Positions 26,026 through 39,198 of a stretch of 64,000 nt of DNA are shown here, piece after piece. The stretch is taken from assembly GCA_002269645.1 (NCBI GenBank), contig NIVC01003334.1:39669-103668 (forward strand). The letters are read 5' to 3'. A program made the position numbers and the translations under genes. The stretch is from Macrostomum lignano (Eukaryota). The notes under the pieces were generated by a model that made no database searches, had not been told where the DNA came from, and saw only the letters and a program-made list of their open reading frames with translations. Within the stretch, counting starts at the first letter, position 1. Each line of letters starts with the position of its first letter.

Positions 26026-26284
26026 GGGCCTTTTCATATTGCTTGTTCTGGATCCAGAACCAGAACCAATTTGTGAAGTATAACTTTTTGTCTCCATAAC
26101 TAGAGGGAGATACGTGCTATAAAGTTTTTATTATTGAATGACAATCGCCAAGAAAAAAGTGAAAAATCGTGCAAGTGAGGCTGTTAAGGCAGTCAAATAT
26201 TAACAGAGTTTAATAGTTATACTGCTGTTTTTCTTGGAATTCCGAACCGATTCTGGTTCTGGAATTGGTAATATGAAAATGCCC
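26026..26284. mobile_element. PIF/Harbinger-like MITE copy 1
   Basis: TIR GGGCCTTTTCATATT..AATATGAAAATGCCC with a 3-bp TSD TAT. Confidence 0.75.
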
Positions 26285-26607
26285 TATGTCCATTGACCGT
26301 GACTGAAAGGCAAGAACTACTTGGAAGTTCAACCTACAGACACGAGTACAAACTAGGCCTATGATATGTGAGACACAGCAATCTTCATTATGTATGTAAT
26401 TTATGGCTCTAAGTCAATTTAATTAGGCCTCCAGCATAGGCCTAACAACTCAACTCTGCTGCTCAGTTCCTAAATTATTGAGCTTGCTTGCCTAGTAGGG
26501 CCAGGGCTAGGCTAGGTAGGCTTTAGGCCTAGGCCTATTCTTCGACTTCTAGGCCTAGCCATCTTTGTTGCTACTAGTTGTCGGACAAGATCTCGATCTC
26601 GATCTAG

Positions 26608-26869
26608 AGGCTTTTCATATTACCAATTCCAGAATCAGAATCGGTTTGGATCTTCCAAGAAATATAGCAGTATAACTATTTAATTCTGTTGAATGTTTGA
26701 CTGCCTTAACAGCCTCACTTTGCACAATTTTTCACTTTCTTCTTGGCGATTGTCATTCAATAATAAAAACTTTATAGCACATATCTCCCTCTAGTTATGG
26801 AGACAAAAAGTTATACTTCACAAATTGGTTCTGATTCTGGAACCAGAAAAAGCAATATGAAAAGGCCCC
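26608..26869. mobile_element. PIF/Harbinger-like MITE copy 2, inverted relative to copy 1
   Basis: Reverse-complement copy of 26026-26284 over its whole length, with a 3-bp TSD TAG. Confidence 0.75.
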
Positions 26870-27746
26870 TAGATTGTCAAGATCTTGGCACTTTTAAAAA
26901 TCTCATCTCAGGTTTAAGAGCTCAAAAAACTCAAAAGTCAAGAATTGCACTTGCAATAAAATTATACAACTTAAGTATTAATTAGTGACTATGATATCAT
27001 GCAGTTATGGTATTCTTCCAGTTTGTTTTCTGATATTATTTTCAAGTTTGTATTGGTGCTGCAAGCCTGCAACATCGCCATGGTAGAAAATGATATCTGT
27101 GGCCAAAATGATAGGAAATGCATTAGAAAATGCTCTAGCCTCTAGGCTTAGCTTTTATCTACTGCTCAATACTCAATCTATCACTCCTAGCCTACCTAGG
27201 CCTATTGCTCTATGTACCATTCCATCTATTGGCCAATCTTTCAGTTTCCCATATTAAAATATTTTGATATGATATGATATTTAGACTAAGCTTAGGCCTA
27301 AGAGCCTTGGCAATGCTTATCCCCATAGTATTATAGGCCTAGGAATAGTCTAATTTCTATCTTATTTCATTGGTACTGTGGGCCATGGGGATAATTTTCT
27401 GCTTTTCTGCGTGGCATACTAAATTTAATATTTAATGGCCTTTTAATATATTATAGATTAATAGATTAATGCTCCGACACATGTATATATTTGATGTATT
27501 AATGTATGCACTTGGGTGCAATCTATCATTCCTGCTTTTTTCTGACTGCGTAATTGATTAAGAAATCCTATATAGGCCTACTCAATCAACGTAAAGTAAT
27601 CTCGGCTTATATAGAATATATGGGCCTACTAAAAATATAAAACTCTAATTATAAAATATAATCTACCAGTGCAAATTAAGTCAAGAATAAAAATAACCAA
27701 TTTGTTTACGTTTAGATTTAATGAGCAGAAAAAGTTCAACAAAAAG

Positions 27747-27935
27747 CAGTGGCGCAGCCAGAATTTTTTTTTTGGGGAGGGGGCATCTCAGCATCTACCC
27801 AGAGGAAGGGTATAGGAGAGCGGGTTTTTCAATTCTCTAGAATTTCAGGTGGAGGGGCAATTTTTTTTCAGGAATTTTTTTGGGGGGATAAATTTTGGGG
27901 GGGCCCAGGCCCCTTGCCCCCCTGACTGGCCACTG
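27747..27935. mobile_element. hAT-like MITE, 189 bp
   Basis: Termini CAGTGGCGCAGCCAG / CTGACTGGCCACTG and a perfect 8-bp TSD ACAAAAAG. Confidence 0.85.
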
Positions 27936-27959
27936 ACAAAAAGACAGTTTACACTTATA

Positions 27960-28175
27960 TATTAGGGTGCATTCACAAAAAATAATTAAAAACATTAGGG
28001 TACATTCACAAAGTAATATTTAAAGCATTAAGGTGCATTCACAAAGAAATAATTAAAAGAATAAGGATGCATTCACAAAGAAATAATTAAAAGTATAAAG
28101 GCGCATCCACAAAGAAATAATTAAAAGCATTAGGGCGCATTCACAAAGAAATATTAAAAGCATTAGGCCATATTC
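27960..28175. repeat. About 34-bp AT-rich tandem repeat (ATTAGGGTGCATTCACAAAGAAATAATTAAAAGC), about 6 copies
   Basis: Directly visible, degenerate. Confidence 0.85.
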
Positions 28176-28464
28176 ATTATCAAGTAATTAAAAGATTCAT
28201 GATCAACATCAATAGAAACATTTTCATTATATCATTATCTTAATCTTGGTCTTGGAATGATAAGTCAATTAGATAATCTTTTTTGTCACTTGATGAAATG
28301 CTTGAGTTGCTAGAATTTGTAGTAGTTAAACTAAGCTTTATTAGTTGCTTAGCAATCTTGGCATATTTCTCTTTGGAGGCATTACATTGTGAAAGTAACC
28401 TGGAAAAATATTTAGTTAGGTATATATGAATGATGATTTTGATAAAATAATTGATATCATACAT

Positions 28465-28620
28465 GCGCAACTTTGGGAATCACCCGGCCGTTTCTATTGG
28501 CAACATACACATGTAAGTCGCTATTGGCTGAGAGCAGTCACGTGACTACTATTCCGTCCAATAGCGACTTACATGTGTGTGTTGCCAATAGAAACGGCCG
28601 AGTGAATCCCAAGGTTGCGC
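28465..28620. repeat. 156-bp foldback (63-bp arms, 30-nt loop)
   Basis: 28465-28527 pairs with 28558-28620 with 4 differences, two of which are G:U-compatible on the plus strand. Confidence 0.9.
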
Positions 28621-30805
28621 CCAAGCATGATTGATATATTTATATTTTGTTGTTATATTTAAAATAGTATAAAATAAATAAAAAAATTACATTTTTAAGA
28701 ACAAATTAATAAAGGACTTCAATAAGATTTTTTAATTTCTAAACTATTAGGGGGGCATATTTCTTGTTTGAATGCAAGCCAAAAGCCTACTATAGGGCCT
28801 ACCTATACACTATAACATTATATAGCCATAGGTTACTTAAAACAAGAAACCAAAAATTGCCCACATTTTTTAATTTAACTGACTGGATTTAGTACTTAAT
28901 ATATTTTTATTAAGCTTAGCTAATAGGTCAACCTAGCAGTATATATAAACAATAAAATAGGCCCATTATACTAATAGCACCTCAGGCCCAAACTTAATAC
29001 TTTAGAAGGAAGTGCTTATCCCTACCTGCTATTAGTATAGTGGGCCTATTTTATTGTTTATAAAATATATAAACAATGTCTATGTGGATAAAATTGGAAT
29101 TATTAGCATGGGACCATGGGGATAAGCACTTTTACTTTAGAATCCCTAAGGGTCTAAGAGTCAAAGACCAGAGTCTAGACCATGCATACTCGGCTAATAA
29201 AATATAGGTATATATTAATTTATTGGCAAGCAAGCCAAATAATGACCACAAATGCCTAGGCCCAATATTTCGTAAATTAGACTAAGCTAGCTTAGGCCTT
29301 AATAACATTGAATAAGTTAAATTGGGCTAAATTAGTGATCTTTACGCAGAGCACAGTTAGTAAAAGTGATGTTGATCAATAGTCATCTATTAGTACCCCA
29401 GTCCTTAAATAAACTAAACTTCTACTGAGCACAGTCAACCTTAGGACTGACAGAGCTAGAGAACAAGCATGGTCTAGATCTAATATGCAATGCTTAAAAT
29501 TGAATTTCTGTGAGGAACACCTAACATGTAATTGAACAAAAATAGTTCTGCTACTTTTAGAGCTTAGAGCTTTAAAATTTTGCATTATATAGGGTTATCC
29601 AAGTAATTTGTGTATTTTTTGGCATAAACACTTAATATTCTAAAGATAGCCCACTGCTGCCATGCCAACACAAAGCTACTCTTTTGGACATATGAAATAT
29701 ATAGTTTTTGATTATTTTAAATACGTATCTAAAGTGTCACAAAATTTTGTATATAATCAACTAAATTGACATGCTGTATAGATTCTTTGCTCCTAAACAA
29801 AATTTGTACAAATCTTTGTAGCTGTAAAGCTGATTTTAAATATTTTTTTGCCATAAATGATGTAGAAAATATTGGAGTAAAAATTAGGTAACTTTGTGAT
29901 GTCATAGCAACCTTACAGATATGTTAAATTGTTATGCGGCTTAAACTCTGTTTATTGACTTTAATTAGTATAAACTTATTATGGGAATAAAATATACACA
30001 AACAAATAAAGTAGTTCCTAGTAGCTAGAGCATACATGCACAACTGTAGGCCAACCTGGCTGATCTGGCCACCATAAATTGTGGTGGACCAAGGGTAAGT
30101 TGCAAAAATGCCCACCCCAAAGAATACAGACATAGTACTAATTAGATAAGGCATTTAGCCCTTGTAAGACAGTTATAGTTCTACCATTTACCCAAAATTG
30201 CATTTATGTGGTCTAGGGTTTTTTTCACTGGTAAGTTGCATTTTTAGTCAAAAAGTTGCATGGCCAGTGTAAATCAGTTGGGTTGCACATGTATGCGCTA
30301 AAGGCATATTTCCCTTGGCAACTTCTTGTAGCAAGAATATACCCATAACCATAAATGAAGTAGGCCTATAACAAAGCATTTTTAATGGCAAATAGCTGAT
30401 ATTATGGTGGACTTTGAGTTGTAGTCTTATTCTCATGATTTTTATTATAATTTTCTAAAAATAGTTAGACTGTGTATGCTCTGAGACATTGCCATGCAGG
30501 TGACTATAAAGTTAGAAATAGCATAGCCTCGTGCTAGCAAAAATCTAATCAACAAAGAAATAGTAATAGCCACTATTTCCTTGTCTATACATTAAAAACT
30601 TATTTTCTAGTTGGTTAGACTGTAGGTCTCCTAAAATATAAGATTAGAATATATCAAAGCAGATAGTTTAAATGATAATGCTTAAATCTATTAGTGCTAA
30701 TTAGATGCCTAGTAGCATACTAAATACTTATATACATTAAGCATATAAGTTAGCTCTCTACAAACTTACCTAACAACATATATGAAAAGCCAAAATTGGT
30801 CAATC

Positions 30806-31875
30806 TGTTATAGGGTTATTTCTTGTTGACTAAAATCCCACCACTTAGCTATCAATTTGTCATAAGGGGGTGGTGTCGGGGGTTATTGGGAATTTTCGGG
30901 GTTTTCTTAGAATTCAAGGGGGGACTGCGCAATTTATATTACTAACAGGAGTAAGCCATAGGTTGCTCCTGGTGGCATGGTGTGTCCAAGTGGCAAGACA
31001 CTAATTTTTTTACTAAGTCCGGCTATTTTGGTGGGGGGGGGTTGATTAAGGGCTTCGCAGTGGACTTGAGTTGCCTGAGGAAATTAGTGCACTGGGGAAC
31101 TCTAATATTCAGCAGGGAATGCCTGGCATCAAGGAGTATCCAGATAGGGAATTAAGAAGGCAATATGCTTGATCCGGGAATGAAGGAAGGCTAGAATTTT
31201 AGCCTTAGTAAGGAGGCAATATGCCTGATGTGGGAAGTAGATAGATAACTTAGGCAATGGGCCTAGTGGGATAAGGAGACAGTATGCCTGATGTGGGAGT
31301 TAAAGCCAGGGCAAATAGGGAGCCTGGTTGGGGAGTTGGCTGATTGCTGGATCAAATTGAGGGTTCTGGGAGTAGGGAGAGGCTGTACGCCTATTCGGCT
31401 TGGGATGAGAAGGGGGGTTACAATTCGCCAGAAAGGGATGGGGTTGTACGCTCTTGAGAGAGGAGTATAGGGGTAGAGGGGTGACTGTTTGCCTTTAAAG
31501 AACCAAGTCTGACTCAATAGCTATTTTTAGAACAAGGCGGCACTAAGGCCTAATAGCTAGAAGGCGGTAAGTCAGATTGCCAGGATGCAGGCAAGTTGCT
31601 CCTCTATCCATATATTTAGCTTCTTTATATAGCAAAAATAATAAAAATGGCGGACAATTATAAACAAATATTACATCTCGAAATGGTTAGAAGATTGTAA
31701 GTTAGCAAAAATAGGAACTTATTAGCGCAAATATATATATATATTCAGCATGATACTATTATTAGAACTATTTTAAGAATATTTCAAAGGTTAAAAAGGA
31801 GCTATAGAAGGAATAGGCAGAATATATAAACTTTATTGAGGCACACAGAACATACTAAACAAATCAACTGTCTCA
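30806..31875 (-). repeat. 3' LTR (1070 bp)
   Basis: Direct repeat of 39216-40278. By eye there are roughly 20 substitutions plus a few small indels. Confidence 0.95.
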
Positions 31876-32028
31876 ATTGGCCTTCCTGGCTTGAAAAATT
31901 GAATAATAGTGAAAGTTTTCAAGATAGAACAATAAAAAAATAGAGTAATGATAGAGTAACATGTATATTTACAAGAGAAAATTATTGGAAGCAGATAAAA
32001 CATTATAAATGTCTGTCATTTATCAATC

Positions 32029-33018
32029 TTACATCATATTAAACTTGCTTGGAAACCGGTTCTGGTGCGGCCAGCCGCACTCATGGCTGAGCCATTGGAT
32101 CTCGAATCGTAAACTTTGGTCATTGAAGCGGCGCAGACCTCGGCAGAGGTCCATCAGCGCACAATAAATGGCGCACCTCCAGGCGGCAACGGCGTGCACT
32201 GGCTGCAATTGGCGCAAATTGAGCAACACCGGTCGCAGCATTTCGTGCTGCGGAAACTCTCGACCATCTCTGAATCTGCCAGCATGGATCAAGTACAGCT
32301 TGATTGCTGTAATCATGCGGCGGAAGTCTCCACGCTGGGCTTCTGGCAGACTCTCCATTGCCTGGGTGAAATTCCCGCCGATCTCTTGCAGCGGTTGGCC
32401 AGTTCAAATAAATCCAGCCATCAGAGGCGGCACGCCGGAGTCGAGTGGTTCCATCTTAATTGACAGAACTGGGCGAGAGCAAGGCTGGCTCATTGGTCTG
32501 ACTCCATATGTCGGCGGCGGGGTGACCAGGGGGCGCTCTTTAGGCTGCTGTTTCAGCGGCGATCGGGAGCGGGGCTTTTTCTGTTTCGGCGACGGGCGGG
32601 GGCCAAGCCTCTTGTGGACTGTTTGTTGTGGCGCCTCACTAGTTGACAGCACTATGGCTGACCTGGCATTGGGAGGCTGGCGCTGTATAACAGCCGGAGA
32701 AATCTCGACGGGTGCATCAGCATGGCGGCGAAGTAATTTGATATGTTCTTCTGGCAGACTGTCCGTGGTGGACAACAGCTGGCGGGCATCTGCGGCGGGC
32801 AAGTGATTCTCTGTGGTCGAGCAGGCGTCAGAGGTGGACGGCGGTGGACGGGTCACGACAGAAGCAATTCTGGGCTTCGGGCCTGGCTTATTCGGCCTGG
32901 TGGCTTGGCAGTCAGGGATTGGTAGACTATCGTCTGACTCGTTGTCGAACTCGTCGGCATCAGAGTCACTGAGGCGCAAATTGTCTTCTAATTGTTTAAG
33001 GCTTTCCTCGGAGTACAT
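32029..33018 (-). pseudogene. Third ORF of the Gypsy element (about 329 codons, one in-frame TGA at 32404-32406); unknown function, not env-like
   Basis: Track ORFs 32404..33216 and 32029..32358 are in the same frame, separated only by TGA (MAGFI*TGQPLQEIGGNFTQAMESLPEAQ). ATG at 33018 (MYSEES). Confidence 0.65.
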
Positions 33019-33378
33019 TAGTACAGGGTAGTAAATATCTTTCTGATAGTTAAGGATTTTAAAAGTCAGGCTTGAGAGTATTAATTGCGGAGGTCTCGAG
33101 AAGTGGGAATTCGGAGAGCGGGAGGCTTGGGATCTGGTTGCACAATGGCTTAAAATGCTTATATTTAGTGACTCTTGTTCACAGACAAAGGGGATCCCTT
33201 GGTTTTCGTAACCCACCTCATTTTCTACGTTCTTTGGGCTCTAATTTCTTTGTCGATCGATATTTTAAAGGGTTCTTTGTGCATAGCAGGGGTCTAGTCG
33301 AGGGCTTTCTTTGTCTAAAATTTGGGGTCTGTTGGGCGAATGGGGACGGCGAGAGAGGGGTAGGAAGGTGTAGACGGG

Positions 33379-36300
33379 CTAAAATTCTAAGTTGCGCAAG
33401 AGGTTTAGTGCTAATAGTAGTCTGTCTAGATGGCAGTTGCAACGCTGTTTATTTTGGGGTGGGGGCCTTAAATTGTAGGGGTGATGGCGTGGGGGTTCGG
33501 GATCTTGTAGGGCAGGAGAGGGGGGTTGGGGCTCAGGGATTTCTTCGTTCGGGGCCTCACTCTCTGACTCATTGGTCGTTTCATTCTCTTCCTCTGTCTG
33601 GGCTTCACTCCATTCTTGTAACTGAGCTTCATTGTCTTCTTCTACCTCTTCATTCTCTGCGTCTCTAATTTGGCATCTCCAATTCATTTCTTCCTCATCG
33701 GATTCTTCAGATTCAACTGGTTTGGGCAAGATTAGTTTTTGGGAATTTCGGCGGGGTTGGCCTTCCTTAATTACAGGTTGTCTCTTAGGTTTAGTAGAGG
33801 CGGGAGTGGGAATTAGAACAGGGGCGGAATTAGGGGCGTCTTGCTGGCCTTCCTTAATGATTTGTTCTGTAGTTGAATTTGGAATTGGAGCTAAATTGTC
33901 TCGATGCACAAGCATTTCTTTTCCTACTATTTCTCCTTCTTCTTTCTGGACTTTAAAGACTACTTCTAATAATTGGGCTAAAACTCTAAAGGCGGATCTC
34001 TTCTTTCGATGAAACTTGTGGGATTCTTCGCTATCTAACTGGGGGTTATTAATTAAAACTAAACAACCTATGGGGACTCTGGGGGGAAGTTTATTAGTTT
34101 CAGCAGCGGTCTGTCTTTTCTCTACTACCTTTTCTAATTTTTTCTTGACTATCTTATGGGCTTCCTCTAATCTTTCAGCATGCTTAGTAATGTAGGCAGG
34201 ATAATCTGCGTGTTCGGCTGCGCTTCTAATTTGAGTATCTAAGGGTAGAGTAGCTTCTCTTCCAAATAGTAGAAAGTGCAGGGAAAATCCTGTTGTTACA
34301 TTGGAGCTGGTGCAAACGGCTACTAGGGCTGCGGGAATCAGTAAGTCCCAATCACCGTGATCCTTATTGATCAGGCAGGTGATGATTGACTTTACTTGCT
34401 TATTAAATCTTTCTACTAGTCTGCATGGTATGGGGTAGTAAAGGTGTGGCGAATATTATAAAGTTCGCAGTAAGCTTTAAATTGTTTACTAGCGAAGGTT
34501 TTTCCATTGTCTGTGTGGATCCAGATGGGCTGTCCATATTCTGCTACTATTCGCTCGAGTAGTATCTTGATGACTATATCCGATTTTTGGTTTCTAATGG
34601 AAAAAGCGAAGGGGTATCTAGTTGTGCTATCAACAACTGTTAAAACTTATTTATGACCTTGTTTGCTTTCTTTTGAGATTGAGCCGATAATGTCTATATG
34701 CAGGCGGCTGAATGCTTCACCAATAGGGAACGACTGGACTGGGGCCTGGACAAAATGTCCTTTCTTGTTCTCAAGGCAGGGGATGCACTCAGCAATTAAT
34801 TGCTTGACTGTAGTGCTTAGTCCGGGTCGCCAAAATCTTTCTCTGATTCTTTGGAGCATTTTATCTCTTCCTAGATGTCCTGCAAAAAGGCTGCAGTGTA
34901 AGTCAGCAAAGACTGCCTTGTCTAGGGATGGGGGCAAAACTACTTTGTTCTTTCCGTCTTTGGCAATTGTTAATAGATCATTATCAATTTTCATGGCTTC
35001 GAAGTGTTTACTAATTTTCTCGGGCACATCCGGTGATTTGGGGAGTTGGCTCAGTTTCTGATTATTGGCTTCTAATAGAGCTTTAATGATGGGGTCAGCA
35101 GCTTGGGCTTCTTGAATTTGTTCTTTCTTCAGGGGGCTGGGGAGATAATCGGTTAACAGTTTCTCGCACTTTCCTGTCTCTTCTTTTTCTGCTTCTACTT
35201 CTCTACCTGAGACATTCAGTACTGTCCTAAATTCGGGACATTCAGTCTGGGTCTCGCTTTCTGTCAGGGCTTCAAGTGACTAGGACATGGGGTTGTCCTT
35301 AGTTTCAGCGGGAGCACTCTCATCTCTCAAGATAACAGGGGTCAACTTCTCAACTTTCTCAGGGATTGGCTCAGGGTTCTCAGGAATTACTTTAGATGCT
35401 TCAGGGGTTTCAAGGATTGCTTCAGCAGACTCAGGGGCTGCATCAGGGACTTCAGAAACTTCAGGTGCTGTTTCAGCAAGTTCAAGGGCTGCTTCATGGG
35501 ATACTTCAGGGGCTTCAGCTATCTCAGCTGGTCTTCTCAACAATCCGTCGGCATTAGAATGTTTTGCGCCGCTTCTGTGTTCAATGTCAAACCTGAATTC
35601 ATTTAGACACTCTATCCATCTACCTAGGATTCCGGTTGCTTCAGTTTGTCTCATGAGCCAAATTATCGCTTTATGATCAGTTCGGGCTAAGAATTTCTTG
35701 CCAATCAGATAAAATCTGAAATGCCTCATAGTGTCGACAAGGGCTAACAATTCCTTCCGAGTAATGGGGTATCGCTTTTCTGATTCCTTCATTGCTCTAC
35801 TAAAGTAAGCTATTGGTCACTCTATGTCATCACTCTGGATTTGGCCAAGGCATGCGCCAATCCTGTCGTCACTGGCATCTGTGTCGAGCACCATCTTCAC
35901 ATTCTCATCTTCAACATATTCGGGGTATGCTAACACTTCAGTAGACATCATTCGCTGCTTCAGGGACTCAAAGGCTTCGTCATGCACTTTGCTCCACTTA
36001 GATTGGAAATTCTGGACTCCTTTTCGGGTCAATTGAAATAGGGGGTAAGCCACTTCAGCATAATTTTTCACAAATCGGCAATAATAGTTGCATAGGCCAA
36101 GAAAACTGCATAGTTCTTTTACATCTTTGGGACGGGGCCAAGTTTGGATAGCTTCAATCGTCGTCTTGTCTGTTTGAATGCCTTGTCGGCCAATCACGTG
36201 TCCTAAGTACTTTAACTCGTGATGGAAAAGATTGCACTTTTTGGGTCTCAACTTTAGACCTGCGGCAATTAGTCGCTTAAACACTTCTCTTAGGTGCTCT

Positions 36301-37951
36301 TAATGTTTGGCAAAAGTTTGGGAGTAGGCTATTATATCGTCTATATAAGACATGGCGAACTTGTGTTGGATTCCTAATAGCACTAAATTCATTAGGCATT
36401 GGAAGGTTCCGGGGGCATTGGAAAGTCCTTAGGCCATTACTTGGTATTCAAATTGGCCTCTAGTTAGGGTGGAGAAGGCGGTTCTATGCTTATCTTCTTC
36501 TTTGATGGGGACTTGCCAGTATCCTGAATTTAAATCTAGGCTGCTAAAATATTGGCTACCAGTTAGGTGGGAGAAGGTCTCCTGTATATTGGGGAGAGGG
36601 TAGGGGTAGTAATTAACTCTTGAGTTGAGCACGCGGGAATCGCTGACTATTCTAATGGAACCATCTTTCTTGGGGACAATTACTAGGGGGGTGGAGTAGG
36701 TTGAGTAACAGGGTCTAATTAGGTTTTTGGCTAACATATCATCTAATTGGGCGTCAACTTGCTTTTGTAAGTGCAGGGGGATGCGTCTAGCTAGGATTCT
36801 AATGAGAGTGGGGTCTTTAATAGAAATTTCGTGGGTTACTAAGTGTGTGAGGCCAATTCAGGGCCAAGGCTCACTTCATTAATCCATGAATCTTCTGTAC
36901 ATTGGGTCTGGTTGACTTTCGCAGGGGGTTGGGGGTTGGTAGATTGGGTTTGCCAATAGGTCAAGTCTTTGGCTTTCATGGGTCTGGCTAGGCCAATTAG
37001 GGAAGTTTTAGTTAGATTCATATCTACTGGGTGGCGGTTAATAATCTTGACAATTCCTTTGCCTTCTTTCATAGTTACTAGGGTTGGAACCATTTCTAAT
37101 GAGAAATCATAGGTTCGGATAGTATTGCCAATGGCTTCAATGGTTATGGGAGTGCCACAATTCAATTCACAATTCTTGGCTAATTTCACAGGTATTCGGA
37201 AAGCACTATTAGCTGGGATGATTGTTCTTTCTTGAGTATAAACTCGGCAAACTTTCACGGGTAGGCGGGTATACTGCATGGGTATACAGGTACCTTAGTT
37301 AAGCACTAGCATTCCTTTGGCTAGCTGAATGCTTTCGCATTGGGATAGGAAAAATTCCATACCTAGGATATTGTCACAGTCATGTCGGCCTAGGAGGAAG
37401 TCAACTTCTATCTGGATATCGCCAAACTTTACTTGGGCGGATACTTCTCCTTCTAATTGGACTGGGGTACCGTCAAATGTACTAATGCTTTTACTAGTTT
37501 CTTGAATTTAATTGGCACGGAATAGCTTAGACCAGGTTGAACGGCTCAGGAAATTATTTCTGGCGCCTGTGTCTAGCAAGAAATCAATCGATTCTTTCTG
37601 GATATTGCCGACAATTACAGCTTCATAGCCTTCTAGCTTAGTCAGGTCGATTCGGGATGGGGAATTGGGTTTTGGCTTTTGTCGCTTCCTTGAGCAAGTT
37701 TCAGCATTGGATAGAGCATTATTGACTTCAATCGCATGGGATACATGGGGTGCAAGTGCAATGGGTACATGGGGTGCGGACGCATGATGTACATGAGCTT
37801 TGGTCGCATTGGTTACATGAGAGGCGGTCGCATGGGGGGAATTGTACACATGGGGGTCATGGGGGGCATTTGGCATGGCATCGTCAGCATCATCAAAGGC
37901 AAGAAGTGAAAAATTATTGGGGGAGACAAATGACGCATTATTTACAGGCAT
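33379..37951 (-). pseudogene. Gypsy pol remnants: protease, RT, RNase H, integrase
   Basis: FLLDTGA (PR); PKKDGSIR, LDLNSGYWQV and YIDD at 36336-36347 (RT); LDTDAS, RTDHKAI and GAKHSNAD (RH); H..GH..WRPG..C..C zinc finger, LHIDII/HTDNG/VERFN (DDE) and terminal PYNLR. Many stops and frameshifts. Confidence 0.93.
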
Positions 37952-38019
37952 TGGCTGTACATGGGAGGTTTTGCAGGGATAGCGGAAACCGTACTGGGGA
38001 GGTTGCTGGTATTTTGGTT

Positions 38020-39120
38020 GGGGGGCATTTCAAAATGATGGGGAGGCCAGATAGTAAGCAAAATTTTGGCCTGAGGGGCGTGGCCTCTTAACTCGACCTT
38101 GGCTTCTCAGTTTCCCGACTTCTAGGAGTCACGGGGGTTGTGGAACTTCAGCGGCTCATATCTTGGGTTAGGGGGCTGACGCTCATTCCTTCTTGGGGGT
38201 TCATGTCTTGGCGGCTGGTTCATCAGCTGGGGCCTGTACTGCTGCTGAGGTTGCGGCCTGTACTGCTGCTGAGGTGGCTGTCTGTACAGCTGGGGGTTTG
38301 GCTGCCTGTACTGCTGAGGGGGTGGCTGCCTGTACTGCTGAGGGGGTGGCTGCCTGTACTGCTACTAAGGAAACACCTGAGATGGTGGAGCGCATTGCGC
38401 TGTTTTGGCTAATTGCTTCTGCAGATTCTGGATGAGTTTCTCTTGGTGATCAATCTTAGTCTGCTGGTCAATGATCAACTGATCTGTTCTGACCTTGTGC
38501 TCCTCTTTCTCATCCTTGGTCACTCTAATTCCTCCTTTGTAGGACATTTGATAAGCAGCTTCAATTCTGCGCAACATTCTACCGGCGGCTTGGAGACTAG
38601 CAGGTTGGGCAAATATTAGCTTTTCATAGGTGTCGGGAGGGGTTCTCACACCTTTAATGAACTGCTCAACCAGTTCTTCTTCTCTTCGCTTAGCATCCAT
38701 ATTTAGGAATGCGCGGGAGGCTAATTCAATTAGGGCATCAGCGAAACTGTCTGTAGATTCATTTCGACCTTGGCAACAGTTTCGGAACTCTTCGCGGAAT
38801 TCGGCGGAGCTTCCTACCTTTCCGAATCTCTCTATCAGTCTTTCCTTGAATTCCTTATAGGGGAGATTAGCTGGGAGGTTGAGGCATTGGACTGCTGCAA
38901 ACACAGTGCTTAAATCTAAATTAGTGAGCAATTCCTGCTTTCGATTCTCCTCTTCAATGCCTTCGTTCTCACATCGCTGGTCAAATGCGGTAAGCCAGAT
39001 TCTGATATCTTGGCTAGGGACATACTTCTGAATCTTCACATGTCTAAGGGGACCTAATTCTAAGCGGTTGTGGAGTTCTTCAGCTAGGAGTCCTAGGGCT
39101 TTGTTGATTCCTGCGGCCAT
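38020..39120 (-). pseudogene. Gypsy gag with a Q/P/Y-rich repeat tail
   Basis: ATG at 39120. It has a capsid-like region (FRNCCQGRNESTDSFADALIELASRAF, VEQFIKG) and continues past TAG-TAG as QYRQPPPQQYRQPPP.. Confidence 0.85.
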
Positions 39121-39198
39121 TGTACTTCAGGGATAGGAGATGGAGATTTAGAGTTTGGGTTGGTTTAAGTGTGCATTTCACCAGATTCCAATCCTTTT

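Noticed and set aside
32029-33216. Gypsy ORF3 as an envelope gene
   Set aside because: No signal peptide, transmembrane segment or Cys-rich ectodomain is visible.
33072-38860. Plus-strand ORFs antisense to gag/pol/ORF3, and minus-strand ORFs over the LINE (7200-8866)
   Set aside because: They are shadow frames of coding-derived sequence with no independent motifs.
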